From Minisyncoccia bacterium (GTDB lineage: Bacteria; Patescibacteriota; Minisyncoccia; Phycocordibacterales; UBA9973): DNA of 64,000 bases. Below are positions 41,593-50,450 of the stretch, piece after piece (positions within the stretch are counted from its first letter, which is position 1; every line of letters starts with the position of its first letter). The notes under the pieces are model-generated. The model was not told the origin of the DNA, searched no databases, and saw nothing but the letters and a program-made list of their open reading frames with translations. A program made the position numbers and the translations under genes. The stretch covers positions 2,994-66,993 of the forward strand of contig JBMOIO010000004.1 of the NCBI GenBank assembly GCA_049317285.1. Direction: 5' to 3'.

Positions 41593-42315
41593 TTACAGAA
41601 TACTGTCGATCATTTTCTTTACCTCCTCAAGCGGGTAGGCGCCTGGGATGATGACCTGTTCACCGGTCTTCTGGTTCACCGCAATGGAGAATGGCGTACC
41701 ACGTGCGCCGATTTTTGTGGCCTCAGCAATATTTGCGTCAACACTTGCGATTGCCTCAGGAGAGCTGAAACACTGCTTGAAGCTTTCGGCATTGATACCG
41801 ATATTTGTTGCAAATGTAGTGAGCGCATTGTTGCTTGTCGGATTAGCTTCGAGTGTGACATCCACTACTTCGTCGAGATAGTTCCAAAAAGCGCTGTTGC
41901 CACCGAGCTTTGCCGCGCATTCAAGCGCAATCGCTTCAGTATAGGCGTTTGGATGCATGTCGAGCGGGAAGTGGCGGTAGACCCACGCAACTTTTCCTTT
42001 GTAGTCTGCGACCACACTTTTAAGTGTAGGATGGAACTTTGAGCAGAAGGGACAGTCAGTGTCGGAATATTCGATTACAATAACCGCAGCATTTTTGTCT
42101 CCTTGCACATGGTCGTCTGCTTGGAGTTTGGCAATGTCGCTCGGGATACTTGTTGGCAGTTCTGGTGCTGTCTCAGCAGGCGCAGTATCCGCTGTTTTTT
42201 TCATACCCGGCACTGTCAGAATAATGGCAAGCGCAATGAGTGCAAGGCCCGTGAGTACTGCTGCAGGAAGGGATAATGTTGGTTTTTTGGTTGTTGTTTC
42301 GTTTTGTGGTTCCAT
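41593..42315 (-). CDS. DsbA family thiol-disulfide oxidoreductase
   Basis: EYSDTDCPFC, YRHFPL, GARGTPF and GAYP. Confidence 0.9.
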   Translation of the reverse strand: MEPQNETTTKKPTLSLPAAVLTGLALIALAIILTVPGMKKTADTAPAETAPELPTSIPSDIAKLQADDHVQGDKNAAVIVIEYSDTDCPFCSKFHPTLKSVVADYKGKVAWVYRHFPLDMHPNAYTEAIALECAAKLGGNSAFWNYLDEVVDVTLEANPTSNNALTTFATNIGINAESFKQCFSSPEAIASVDANIAEATKIGARGTPFSIAVNQKTGEQVIIPGAYPLEEVKKMIDSIL

Positions 42316-42395
42316 AGGTAGTAGTATATCGCACAAATCGGGATTTTGTGCAGGGAATTGAAAAAAAGGCTTATTTTTGCTATAGTATTCCCACT

Positions 42396-43637
42396 ATGTC
42401 GATCACCTCGATTGCTACGTACACTATTACGTTTTTGGCAGTATATGTCCAAGTATTTATCCTTATAACGTTTTTTGAGCGCCGAAAAGACCTCAGGGCA
42501 CAAACCAGCGACGACCGCTTGGCGATTACTCATTTTCCGAGCGTGACTATTATCATGCCGTGCTGGAACGAGTCAAAAACAGTGCATGGCACTGTTGAAA
42601 GCCTTCTTGCGCTCGACTACCCAAAAGAAAAATTATTCATCACTATCATTGATGACGGTTCGACAGACAATACCTGGGAAGAGATGCAGAAATACAAAGA
42701 CCATCCTCAGATCAGTTTGTATCACACAGAGAACGGAGGGAAGCATGTCGCGGTAAATTTTGGTATCGACAAGGCGACAACGGATTTGATCGGGTGTTTG
42801 GACGCAGACTCATTTGTCGCACCGCACGCTCTTACCGACATGGTGCGCATTTTCAACAACCGCCCCGATGTGATGGCGGTTGCACCGACACTGATTGTTC
42901 ACGGCCCCAAAAATATTCTGCAGTGGGCGCAGAAAGTGGAATACAATATGAGCGTGTATCTCAAAAAGATGCAGGCATTTATGAATGCGATCCATGTGAC
43001 CCCTGGGCCGTTTTCTGTATTCCGACGTGAAGTGTTTGAAAAAATCGGAAAATTTAAAAAGGCGCACGGCACCGAAGACCAGGAAATCGCGTATCGCATG
43101 CAGGAAAACCACATGAAGATCGAGCACTGCCCGACCGCGTATGTGTACACGGTTACCCCCGACACAGTGAAAAAGCTCTATACACAGCGCCTGCGATGGA
43201 TTTATGGCTTTATCCAAAACACTATCGACTACCGCCGGTTGATACTCAATCCAAAATATGGAAACTTCTCCCTCTTCACTGTCCCAGCGGGTGTGATCTC
43301 TATTACTGCTACGGTGTACCTCTTTTTTGCAGCAATATACAATATTATTGTCTATATAGCCGAAGTGGTTACCCGGTGGAGTATTGTTGGTTTCACTAAT
43401 TCATTTCCAAGCTTTGAATTTGACTGGTTGTACATCAATACAAAAGCGCTCGGCATGGTGACGATTATTTTGTACTCCCTCGTCCTTATTTCTATGATTG
43501 TCGGCTCACGTATCGCAAAGCAAAAGCTCTCGTGGCACATTATTTCGTTTATGCTGATCTATAGTATTATCGCGCCGTTTTGGTTGATGCGCGCGGTGTG
43601 GAACAGTATTACTTCTAGTCAGCCAAAGTGGCGATAA
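42396..43637 (+). CDS. Processive GT2 glycosyltransferase (PgaC/IcaA/cellulose synthase-like)
   Basis: DDGSTD, LDADS, TED and QRLRW motifs plus C-terminal TMs. Confidence 0.88.
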   Translation: MSITSIATYTITFLAVYVQVFILITFFERRKDLRAQTSDDRLAITHFPSVTIIMPCWNESKTVHGTVESLLALDYPKEKLFITIIDDGSTDNTWEEMQKYKDHPQISLYHTENGGKHVAVNFGIDKATTDLIGCLDADSFVAPHALTDMVRIFNNRPDVMAVAPTLIVHGPKNILQWAQKVEYNMSVYLKKMQAFMNAIHVTPGPFSVFRREVFEKIGKFKKAHGTEDQEIAYRMQENHMKIEHCPTAYVYTVTPDTVKKLYTQRLRWIYGFIQNTIDYRRLILNPKYGNFSLFTVPAGVISITATVYLFFAAIYNIIVYIAEVVTRWSIVGFTNSFPSFEFDWLYINTKALGMVTIILYSLVLISMIVGSRIAKQKLSWHIISFMLIYSIIAPFWLMRAVWNSITSSQPKWR

Positions 43638-43638
43638 T

Positions 43639-44328
43639 ATGAATTTTTTTAACCGATACAAATGGAGTAAATACCTTCTCGCTTTTTTCCTCACCGCTGG
43701 CATTTTTGCTGGTGCGCTATTTTTGAGTAACTATATTACTGGGCGAAAACTTCAAAATATCCGCGAACTGCAGGACCGTGTGGCAACCGATATTCTCTCT
43801 TCTGAAACTCAGCTGAACTTGGTGAAAGACCTTTCTTGCGAAGATGTTGGTAATACCTATCTTTCTAGTGAGATTGCCGACCTTGCAGAGCGAATCACTT
43901 ATACGGAAGAAAACGGAACCTCGCCTGAAGATTCGCTTGAGCTGAAGAAACAGTATTCTATTTTAGAAGTAAAAGACTTTGTGCTTTCAAAACAAATCGC
44001 CGAGCGCTGCAACAATCTTCCTGTTACCATTTTATATTTCTATACCGATAAAAATATCTGCCCGGACTGCGTGAAGCAAGGGTATGTGCTCGACGCACTG
44101 CGCAACAAATACGACAATGTCCGTATCTATTCATTTGATTCAAAGCTTGATCTGACGACGATTAAAACCCTAAAGACAGTCTACGGTATTAGCGACCAGC
44201 TCCCTGCATTGGTAATAGACGGCGTGACAGTCAACGGCTTTAAATCACTCGATGAGATTGCCGCAGTCCTTCCGAGTGCTATCACCAACCCTGCTCCAAA
44301 AGCGCCTGTAGTTTCTAAAGATCTTTAG
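43639..44328 (+). CDS. Hypothetical membrane-anchored protein with a thioredoxin-like CxxC domain
   Basis: TM, ILYFY...CPDCVKQGYVL and PALVID. Confidence 0.7.
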   Translation: MNFFNRYKWSKYLLAFFLTAGIFAGALFLSNYITGRKLQNIRELQDRVATDILSSETQLNLVKDLSCEDVGNTYLSSEIADLAERITYTEENGTSPEDSLELKKQYSILEVKDFVLSKQIAERCNNLPVTILYFYTDKNICPDCVKQGYVLDALRNKYDNVRIYSFDSKLDLTTIKTLKTVYGISDQLPALVIDGVTVNGFKSLDEIAAVLPSAITNPAPKAPVVSKDL

Positions 44329-44362
44329 ATAGTGATAAAAAGGGGTGGAGAAATACCACCTC

Positions 44363-44398
44363 ATACTCAAAAATATGCTATCGCAAGATTTTGAGTAT
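44363..44398. repeat. Family D palindrome (imperfect)
   Basis: ATACTCAAAAATATGC-TATC-GCAAGATTTTGAGTAT shares its core with 11544-11587. Confidence 0.6.
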
Positions 44399-44413
44399 TG
44401 GAAAGAGAAAAAA

Positions 44414-44490
44414 AGCCGCTCTATGTCAGATCGAAAGACCCTCGGAGGGGAGAGCCCTCGGGTTCGAATCTGACACAAAGAGGTCTACCA
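44414..44490. repeat. Degenerate direct and inverted copies of the tRNA-Thr 3' half
   Basis: AGCCGCT..TGTCAGATCGAA..GACCCTC (compare tRNA + strand AGCCGCTTGTCAGACTCGAACTGACGACCCTC) and GGTTCGAATCTGACA..CCA. Confidence 0.55.
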
Positions 44491-44529
44491 AATAATAAAA
44501 CCCCTAGATTAACCAGGGGTTTTTATTAT

Positions 44530-44605
44530 TGGAGCCGCTTGTCAGACTCGAACTGACGACCCTCACTTTACAAAAGTGTAGCTCTACCAACTGAGCTAAA
44601 GCGGC
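44530..44605 (-). tRNA. tRNA-Thr(TGT)
   Basis: GCCGCTTTAGCTCAGTTGGTAGAGC...TTTGTAA...GTCAGTTCGAGTCTGACAAGCGGCTCCA; 76 nt, CCA encoded. Confidence 0.95.
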
Positions 44606-44844
44606 ATAGGGGAGATATGCTCTTTTAAAAATCTTCTTCCCGCCGCGCTCTTGAAGTATAACTCCCTTTTGCGTGCACTAAGAATATCTTTAAATGTTTC
44701 GGTATAGATGACTGATATGTCAGTCATAGAACGCGTTGTTTGAGTATGCCCCCGCTTGTGCTCGGCAATTCTTCTTTCAAGGTCATTTGTCATTCCCTTA
44801 TAGAATTTTCCCGATGCATCTTGGAGAACGTATACGATATACAT
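44596..44844 (-). CDS. Small GIY-YIG nuclease whose stop codon lies within tRNA-Thr
   Basis: MYIVYVLQ...FYKGMTNDLERRIAEH...ARKRELYFKSAAGRRFL. Confidence 0.9.
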   Translation of the reverse strand: MYIVYVLQDASGKFYKGMTNDLERRIAEHKRGHTQTTRSMTDISVIYTETFKDILSARKRELYFKSAAGRRFLKEHISPMPL

Positions 44845-44848
44845 AGAA

Positions 44849-44926
44849 TGTAGCTCTACCAACTCCCGCCCGAACGACTTGAACAGAGCTTCAGCGTCGT
44901 TCAGTCGGGCGGGGAGCTAAAGCGGC
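44849..44926 (-). mobile_element. Duplicated tRNA-Thr 5' fragment (29 nt) interrupted by a 49-bp palindrome (44865-44913)
   Basis: Minus strand GCCGCTTTAGCTC[CCCGCCCGACTGAACGAC...GTCGTTCGGGCGGG]AGTTGGTAGAGCTACA; identical to tRNA nt 1-29 outside the insert. Confidence 0.85.
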
Positions 44927-44984
44927 GTACCCGAGTGTTAATAAATTAACCCTCGAGTTTTTTCATTATAATGAAAAAACAATT

Positions 44985-45371
44985 TTATGCAACTATTTTC
45001 TTTCGGCGGGTTTTTGGTTTCTCACCTACGTCCTTTGAACTTGAAATGCTGTGAAGGAAGTATGAGGAAGGGCCGTTTTCAAGCCCGGTGAGCACATCAT
45101 GCTTTTGAAACAGTGGTGCCGCTTTCGGAAATACGCGAACAAACGCTTTTGCCAAGCCCGAGTTCCCCCAATTGAACACACGGCGACTGTAGAGCCCGCC
45201 TGCATAGTAGCTGCGGCGGGTGAGACGAATGACACGGTCAACCTGGCGGAGCGCTACGCGGTCAAGGGTCGTGTGTTCACGCGCCTCGCTCTCATGCCAC
45301 CACAGAAGCATGACAGAGAGCCAAAAGAGGACAATAAGTACAGCAAGGAGGATAAGGAGCGTTGTAATCAT
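44985..45371 (-). CDS. Hypothetical membrane-anchored protein
   Basis: N-terminal TM, GPSSYFLHSIS; operonic after tsf. Confidence 0.65.
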   Translation of the reverse strand: MITTLLILLAVLIVLFWLSVMLLWWHESEAREHTTLDRVALRQVDRVIRLTRRSYYAGGLYSRRVFNWGNSGLAKAFVRVFPKAAPLFQKHDVLTGLENGPSSYFLHSISSSKDVGEKPKTRRKKIVA

Positions 45372-45384
45372 ACAACAAAGCTAC

Positions 45385-46161
45385 TTATGCTACGGTATAA
45401 AGCACAAACTTTTCGACTGTTGCTCCATTGTCTTTTGCAAACTGTGCAATTGTTTTTTCAGGAGTCTTAAAGAATGGCTGATCGAGGAGAATTTGCTCTT
45501 TGAAGAATGCATTGATTTTTCCTTCAAGGATTTTTGCTTTCATGTCTTCTGGCTTGTCAGAGTTTTCAACTTCTGCCTTCAGCACTTCCATAACGTTTGT
45601 TCTGTTTTCCTCAGAGATTTCACCTTCTGAAAGAAACGCTGGCTTCATCGCAGTCACATGCATTGCAATATCTTTTGCAACTTCAGCAGTTCCGCCATTG
45701 AGCACTACCACTGCAGCAGTTTTGCCGGTGTGGTGAGTATAGGCACCAACAGCATCGCCACTGATTTCTTCCACAGTACCAAGTTCGATCTTCTCACCAA
45801 TTTTCAACACTACATCACTGATAAGGGCAGGAGAAGTATCGCGCATAGCGTCGACGCCACTTTCCCATGCTATGTCAGCAAGCTTGTTCAACAGCGCCAC
45901 GAAGTCTTCGTTTTTTGCGACGAAGTCAGTTTCGCAGTTCAGGATGAGAGTGAGCGCGCGCTTTCCGTCAGTGCGCACCACTACTGTACCGTCTGAAGCA
46001 TCACGGTCGCCCTTTTTCGCAGCGATATCAGCACCTTTCTTCTGAAGGAGGATGATTGCTTTTTCCATGTCGCCTGCTGCTTCTTCAAGCGCTTTGCGGC
46101 ACTGCATGACACTGATACCTGTCTTGTCCCGAAGTTCTTTTACTTGTTCTGTAGTGATCAT
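45385..46161 (-). CDS. tsf: Elongation factor Ts
   Basis: VKELRDKTGISVMQCRKAL, NCETDFVAKN and DIAMHV. Confidence 0.97.
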   Translation of the reverse strand: MITTEQVKELRDKTGISVMQCRKALEEAAGDMEKAIILLQKKGADIAAKKGDRDASDGTVVVRTDGKRALTLILNCETDFVAKNEDFVALLNKLADIAWESGVDAMRDTSPALISDVVLKIGEKIELGTVEEISGDAVGAYTHHTGKTAAVVVLNGGTAEVAKDIAMHVTAMKPAFLSEGEISEENRTNVMEVLKAEVENSDKPEDMKAKILEGKINAFFKEQILLDQPFFKTPEKTIAQFAKDNGATVEKFVLYTVA

Positions 46162-46216
46162 ATTGGTTAAAAGTTTAAAGTTATAAAATTGAAAGAATTG
46201 ATGATGATGCTTCATT

Positions 46217-46312
46217 GGTACTTTCCACGAAACGCACGCATAAATTTCTGGCTGTTGTTTTGCTCCAACTCGGCTCAGTCAGCCTGCGTTAGACGTTTCT
46301 TAGGAAAGCACC
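46217..46312. repeat. Family A structured dispersed repeat, copy 4 (between rpsB and tsf; one hairpin degenerate)
   Basis: GGTACTTTCC/GGAAAGCACC; GAAACG/CGTTTC; CCAACTCGGCTCAGTCAGCCTGCGTTAG. Confidence 0.85.
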
Positions 46313-46336
46313 TGCTTCCGCTCTAGGAAGTTCCGC

Positions 46337-47011
46337 TTATTTTCCTCCGAATGCGTCCTTGAGTATACCAAGGATAGTCACAATACTCGAGGTAGAGCTG
46401 TCGTTTGCAACAATAGGGTAGTCGATTCCGCGCACTGAACAGTCAGTGTTTCCGATAGAGATCACTGGGATGTTCATCTTGCGAGCTTCCAAAAGTGCGA
46501 TTGATTCCTTTTTCGGGTCGATGATCACGACTGCTTCCGGCATCTTGTAGAGGCCGACAACACCTGCAAAGTATTTGTCCAAGCGAGCCATTTCACGAGT
46601 CAGAAGAATCTGCTCTTTCTTTGTGTACTTTTCAAACTCGCCGTTGGTGCGGTCTTCGCGCATCTTCTCGAGCTTTTGGATGCGCACCTTCATCTGAGGG
46701 AAGTTGGTGAGCATGCCTCCGATCCATCGTTCGGTAACGAATGGCTGAGAAAGTACGCTCGCAGTGGCGATAGTCGCATTGCGGGCTTCAGGCTTTACAC
46801 CGACGAAGAGTACGTTTTTTCCGGCAGCTCCAAGAGACGCCAAAAATTCGCCTACTTTTTCAAGAGCGATAACTGTTTTTTCAGCGTCGATAATATCAAC
46901 ACCGTTTTTGTTACCATAAATAAAGTTGGTAACGGTAGGGTGGCGGCGAGTACGGCTGTAGCCGTAGTGAACGCCTGCCTCCATGAGGGTAGTAGGGTCT
47001 ATTTTTTTCAT
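46337..47011 (-). CDS. rpsB: 30S ribosomal protein S2
   Basis: MEAGVHYG, RWIGGMLTNF, NTDC and ANDSS. Confidence 0.97.
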   Translation of the reverse strand: MKKIDPTTLMEAGVHYGYSRTRRHPTVTNFIYGNKNGVDIIDAEKTVIALEKVGEFLASLGAAGKNVLFVGVKPEARNATIATASVLSQPFVTERWIGGMLTNFPQMKVRIQKLEKMREDRTNGEFEKYTKKEQILLTREMARLDKYFAGVVGLYKMPEAVVIIDPKKESIALLEARKMNIPVISIGNTDCSVRGIDYPIVANDSSTSSIVTILGILKDAFGGK

Positions 47012-47153
47012 AACAATCTGTAGCAGAGTACCAATGGGCACCCTTTTTAACTGAATAATTCGTCCAAATGACGAGTCGTTACTATAGCATTTAAAGGCTG
47101 TTTTATCAATAGATACTTCTTTTTTTTGCCATTTTGTGCGAATATGAGTCTAT

Positions 47154-48404
47154 ATGCGCCAAAGCCAATTGTTTACGAAAACTAAGAAAGAAAACCCAGC
47201 GGATGAGGTGTCTAAAAACGCACAGCTGTTGATCCGGGCCGGGTACATTTTCAAGGAAATGGCAGGGGTCTACAGCATGCTCCCGTTGGGACAGCGCGTG
47301 ATGGAGAAAGTGATCGGTATTGTAAAAGAAGAAATGGACGCTGTGGGTGGTGTGCAGATGAAAACTTCTGCGCTTCAGAGCAAGGAAGTGTGGGAGAAGA
47401 CAAACCGCTGGGACGACGAAGTCGTGGACAACTGGTTTAAGACAACGCTGAAGAATGGTACAGAGGTGGGACTATCATTTACGAACGAAGAAGCGTACTC
47501 AAATATCGTAAAAAGTTTTGTGAGCTCGTACAAAGACCTTCCGCTCTACCCGTACGACTTCAAAACTATTTTTAGAAATGAAACGCGCAGCAAGTCAGGG
47601 ATTATGCGTGGGCGCGAATTTTATTGGAAGGCACTCTATTCGTTTTCAGCAGACCTCGAACAGCACAATGTATTTTATGAAAAGATGAAGGGTGCGTATG
47701 CGCGCGTGTATAGCCGTGTTGGCCTGGGTGATTCTACCTACCTCACATTTGCTTCCGGCGGAACATTTTCAAAATATTCGCATGAGTTTCAAACTGTTTC
47801 AGAAGCAGGAGAGGATATTATTTATGTCTCACAAGAGAAAGGTATTGCAGTGAACAAGGAAGTGTATACCGATGAAGTGCTTGCAGAGCTTGGTTTGGTA
47901 AAGGAAGATTTGGAGGAAAAGAAAGCGATAGAGGTTGGGAATATTTTCTCCCTCGGCTCAAAGTTTTCTGAACCGTTTGATCTCACCTATAAAGACAGTG
48001 ACGGAAATGAAATCGCAGTGTTCATGGGCTCGTATGGTATCGGTATCACTCGCTTGATAGGTACAGTGGTTGAAGTGCTCTCCGACGCGCAAGGAATCGT
48101 GTGGCCGGAATCTATCGCTCCGTTTAGGGTGCACTTACTCCAGCTCGGAGAAGGCGCGAAAGACGAAGCAGAGAAATTGTATGCTGATTTAATAGCACAA
48201 GGAATCGAAGTCCTTTTTGATGACCGAGCAACAGCGCAGGCAGGCGAAAAGTTTGCAGACGCTGACCTTATCGGCATCCCGCACCGTATTGTAGTATCAG
48301 ACCGCTCACTTGCAGCAGGGGGAGTGGAGTACAAGCACCGTACAGAAGAGAAAGGGGAAGTACTGAGCGCACCAGACGCAATTGTAAAAGTTATGCATGT
48401 TTAA
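47154..48404 (+). CDS. proS: Proline--tRNA ligase (short form without an editing domain)
   Basis: LLIRAGYI, FRNE.R...GIMRGREF, IEVGNIF, MGSYGIG and anticodon domain. Confidence 0.93.
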   Translation: MRQSQLFTKTKKENPADEVSKNAQLLIRAGYIFKEMAGVYSMLPLGQRVMEKVIGIVKEEMDAVGGVQMKTSALQSKEVWEKTNRWDDEVVDNWFKTTLKNGTEVGLSFTNEEAYSNIVKSFVSSYKDLPLYPYDFKTIFRNETRSKSGIMRGREFYWKALYSFSADLEQHNVFYEKMKGAYARVYSRVGLGDSTYLTFASGGTFSKYSHEFQTVSEAGEDIIYVSQEKGIAVNKEVYTDEVLAELGLVKEDLEEKKAIEVGNIFSLGSKFSEPFDLTYKDSDGNEIAVFMGSYGIGITRLIGTVVEVLSDAQGIVWPESIAPFRVHLLQLGEGAKDEAEKLYADLIAQGIEVLFDDRATAQAGEKFADADLIGIPHRIVVSDRSLAAGGVEYKHRTEEKGEVLSAPDAIVKVMHV

Positions 48405-49440
48405 ACGGTTTTACGAAAAGTTTTCTAATGATATAGGGATCGATTTGGGGACGGCCAATACGCTCGTGTATTTGCGCGGGCACGGCATTATCATCAATGA
48501 GCCGTCGATTGTGGCAGTAAACCAAAAGACAGGACAGATCGTGGCGGTGGGGCGCGAAGCAAAAAATATGTGGGGCAAGACGCCGGCTCATATTCAGATC
48601 GTGCGCCCGCTTTCAGAAGGTGTGGTCTCCGACTTTGAAATGACCGAAGAGATGCTCGCCTATTTTATCCGCAAAGCAGAGAAGCTTTCACAGAAATTTT
48701 TTCGTCCGCGCGTTGTGATCGGAGTCCCGAGCGGTATCACTAATGTTGAAATGCGCGCAGTGTATGATGCTGCAATCGATGCCGGAGCGCGCGAAGTGTA
48801 TTTGGTGGAAGAAGCGATGGCAGCTGCTATCGGGGTCCGCTTGCCGGTCTTGTCAGCAAGCGCCACATTTATCGTTGATATTGGGGGCGGGACAACTGAC
48901 ATCGCGCTGATTGCGCTTGGTGGTATTGTGCGGTCGCTGAATTTGAAGGTTGCGGGCGACCACTTCAATATGCGCGTTGTCGAATACATGCGCGACGAGT
49001 TCAAGCTTCTCATCGGAGAGCCGACAGCTGAAAATGTGAAGCTTGCGTTGGGAAGCGCGATTGAGACCGACTACATGGAAATAGAGGTGCGCGGGCGCGA
49101 CTTGGTATCCGGTCTTCCGAAAGCGCTCATGATTACCGACGGAGATATTCGCGAAGCGATTGCGCGCTCAGTTGCGCTTGTTGTTGCTGGTATTCAAGAA
49201 GTATTGGAAACTGCACCGCCTGAAATGGTGGCTGATATTATCGGAAGCGGAATCGTGCTCACCGGAGGAGGCGCACTCTTGCGCGGGTTGCAAGGGCTTT
49301 TGCAAAGCGAGCTAAAGCTTCCGGTTCATGTTGCCGAAGATCCGCTTTCAGCTGTTGCTCGCGGGACAGGTATTATCCTCGACCAGTTCGAGGAGTATAC
49401 TTCTGTTATCATTCCTCTTACCGACCATGTCACCATATAA
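48397..49440 (+). CDS. mreB: Rod shape-determining protein MreB
   Basis: IDLGTANT, VDIGGGTT and LTGGGALL. Confidence 0.96.
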   Translation: MFKRFYEKFSNDIGIDLGTANTLVYLRGHGIIINEPSIVAVNQKTGQIVAVGREAKNMWGKTPAHIQIVRPLSEGVVSDFEMTEEMLAYFIRKAEKLSQKFFRPRVVIGVPSGITNVEMRAVYDAAIDAGAREVYLVEEAMAAAIGVRLPVLSASATFIVDIGGGTTDIALIALGGIVRSLNLKVAGDHFNMRVVEYMRDEFKLLIGEPTAENVKLALGSAIETDYMEIEVRGRDLVSGLPKALMITDGDIREAIARSVALVVAGIQEVLETAPPEMVADIIGSGIVLTGGGALLRGLQGLLQSELKLPVHVAEDPLSAVARGTGIILDQFEEYTSVIIPLTDHVTI

Positions 49441-50182
49441 AATCACTCGCCGAAATCAAAATCCTGCAAACATAGCGCTTCGCATTCTAGGCATTGTTGC
49501 TTCTGTTGCAGCACTTGTTTTTATTGCACGATTCTTGGTGAAGTCCCATGGCGAAGTGATCATTCCCTTATACCCGGACTCTTTTAATACAGCACTCATG
49601 TCTCGGCGCCAGCTGGTGAGGAAAGTAAACGAACTGCAAAGCACGCTCGATAGCTACTATGCACAGAGCGCAAACCTTTCGTTATTGGAAAATGAAAATG
49701 CGGCGATCAAGGCAGAGCTTGGTCGCGACCCAGAGTCGCGCGGAATCTTGGCACATGTACTCACCGTACCGAACCGAAGTTTTTACGACACCTTTGTTAT
49801 TGATGCAGGAAGTGCTGAAGGTATACAAATAGATCAACAAGCATACGCATTTGATGCAATTGCTTTAGGAACCGTAAGCCAGGTTTCTGAGCACAATGCG
49901 GTTGTCACACTCTTTAGTGCACCAGGTACGGAAACAAGTGGGACTGCAGTGGGGAGTGATGTAGCAGTGACACTGATTGGGCGCGGAGGCGGGGAATACG
50001 AAGTGCGCATGCCGCGCGATGTGCATTTTGATATTGGATCGGCTATTGCGCTACAAAGTGTGTACCCAGCCGTGCTTGCCGAAGTGGAGAAGATCATCAC
50101 TGATCCGCGCGACCCGTTTCAAAGACTCCTTGCAAAAGCACCGGTAAACCTTACGGCTCTGAAGTGGGTGGTGATTAGGTAA
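49427..50182 (+). CDS. mreC: Rod shape-determining protein MreC
   Basis: TM, coiled coil LENEN and IDAGSAEGI; follows mreB. Confidence 0.85.
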   Translation: MSPYKITRRNQNPANIALRILGIVASVAALVFIARFLVKSHGEVIIPLYPDSFNTALMSRRQLVRKVNELQSTLDSYYAQSANLSLLENENAAIKAELGRDPESRGILAHVLTVPNRSFYDTFVIDAGSAEGIQIDQQAYAFDAIALGTVSQVSEHNAVVTLFSAPGTETSGTAVGSDVAVTLIGRGGGEYEVRMPRDVHFDIGSAIALQSVYPAVLAEVEKIITDPRDPFQRLLAKAPVNLTALKWVVIR

Positions 50183-50197
50183 TTTTTTATATACTGC

Positions 50198-50293
50198 GCA
50201 TTTCTCGCAAACAATAAAAATATGCTTCTGCAGAACTCGGTCTAAAGCCCTCAGACACAGCTTCGAAGCATATTTTTCTTTTTGCTCGAATGC
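50198..50293. repeat. Long hairpin related to family A (AACTCG...CTCAGACA apex)
   Basis: AAAAATATGCTTC/GAAGCATATTTTT stem enclosing AACTCGGTCTAAAGCCCTCAGACA. Confidence 0.6.
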
Positions 50294-50307
50294 TTGTCGA
50301 CGACGAT

Positions 50308-50409
50308 AAGTACTGTGCTCCGAGAAATGACTAACGGAGGCTGTCTGAGCCGAGTTGGAACAAATTTTCAGCAGAAAATTATGTGTGCATTTCGAGGAAT
50401 ACAGTACTT
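50308..50409. repeat. Family A structured dispersed repeat, copy 5 (opposite orientation)
   Basis: AAGTACTGTGCTCC/GGAATACAGTACTT; CTAACGGAGGCTGTCTGAGCCGAGTTGG; AATTTTC-AGCA-GAAAATT. Confidence 0.9.
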
Positions 50410-50450
50410 GGAGAAGGAGAGAGAAACATGATAATGTTACTTAACTTACT

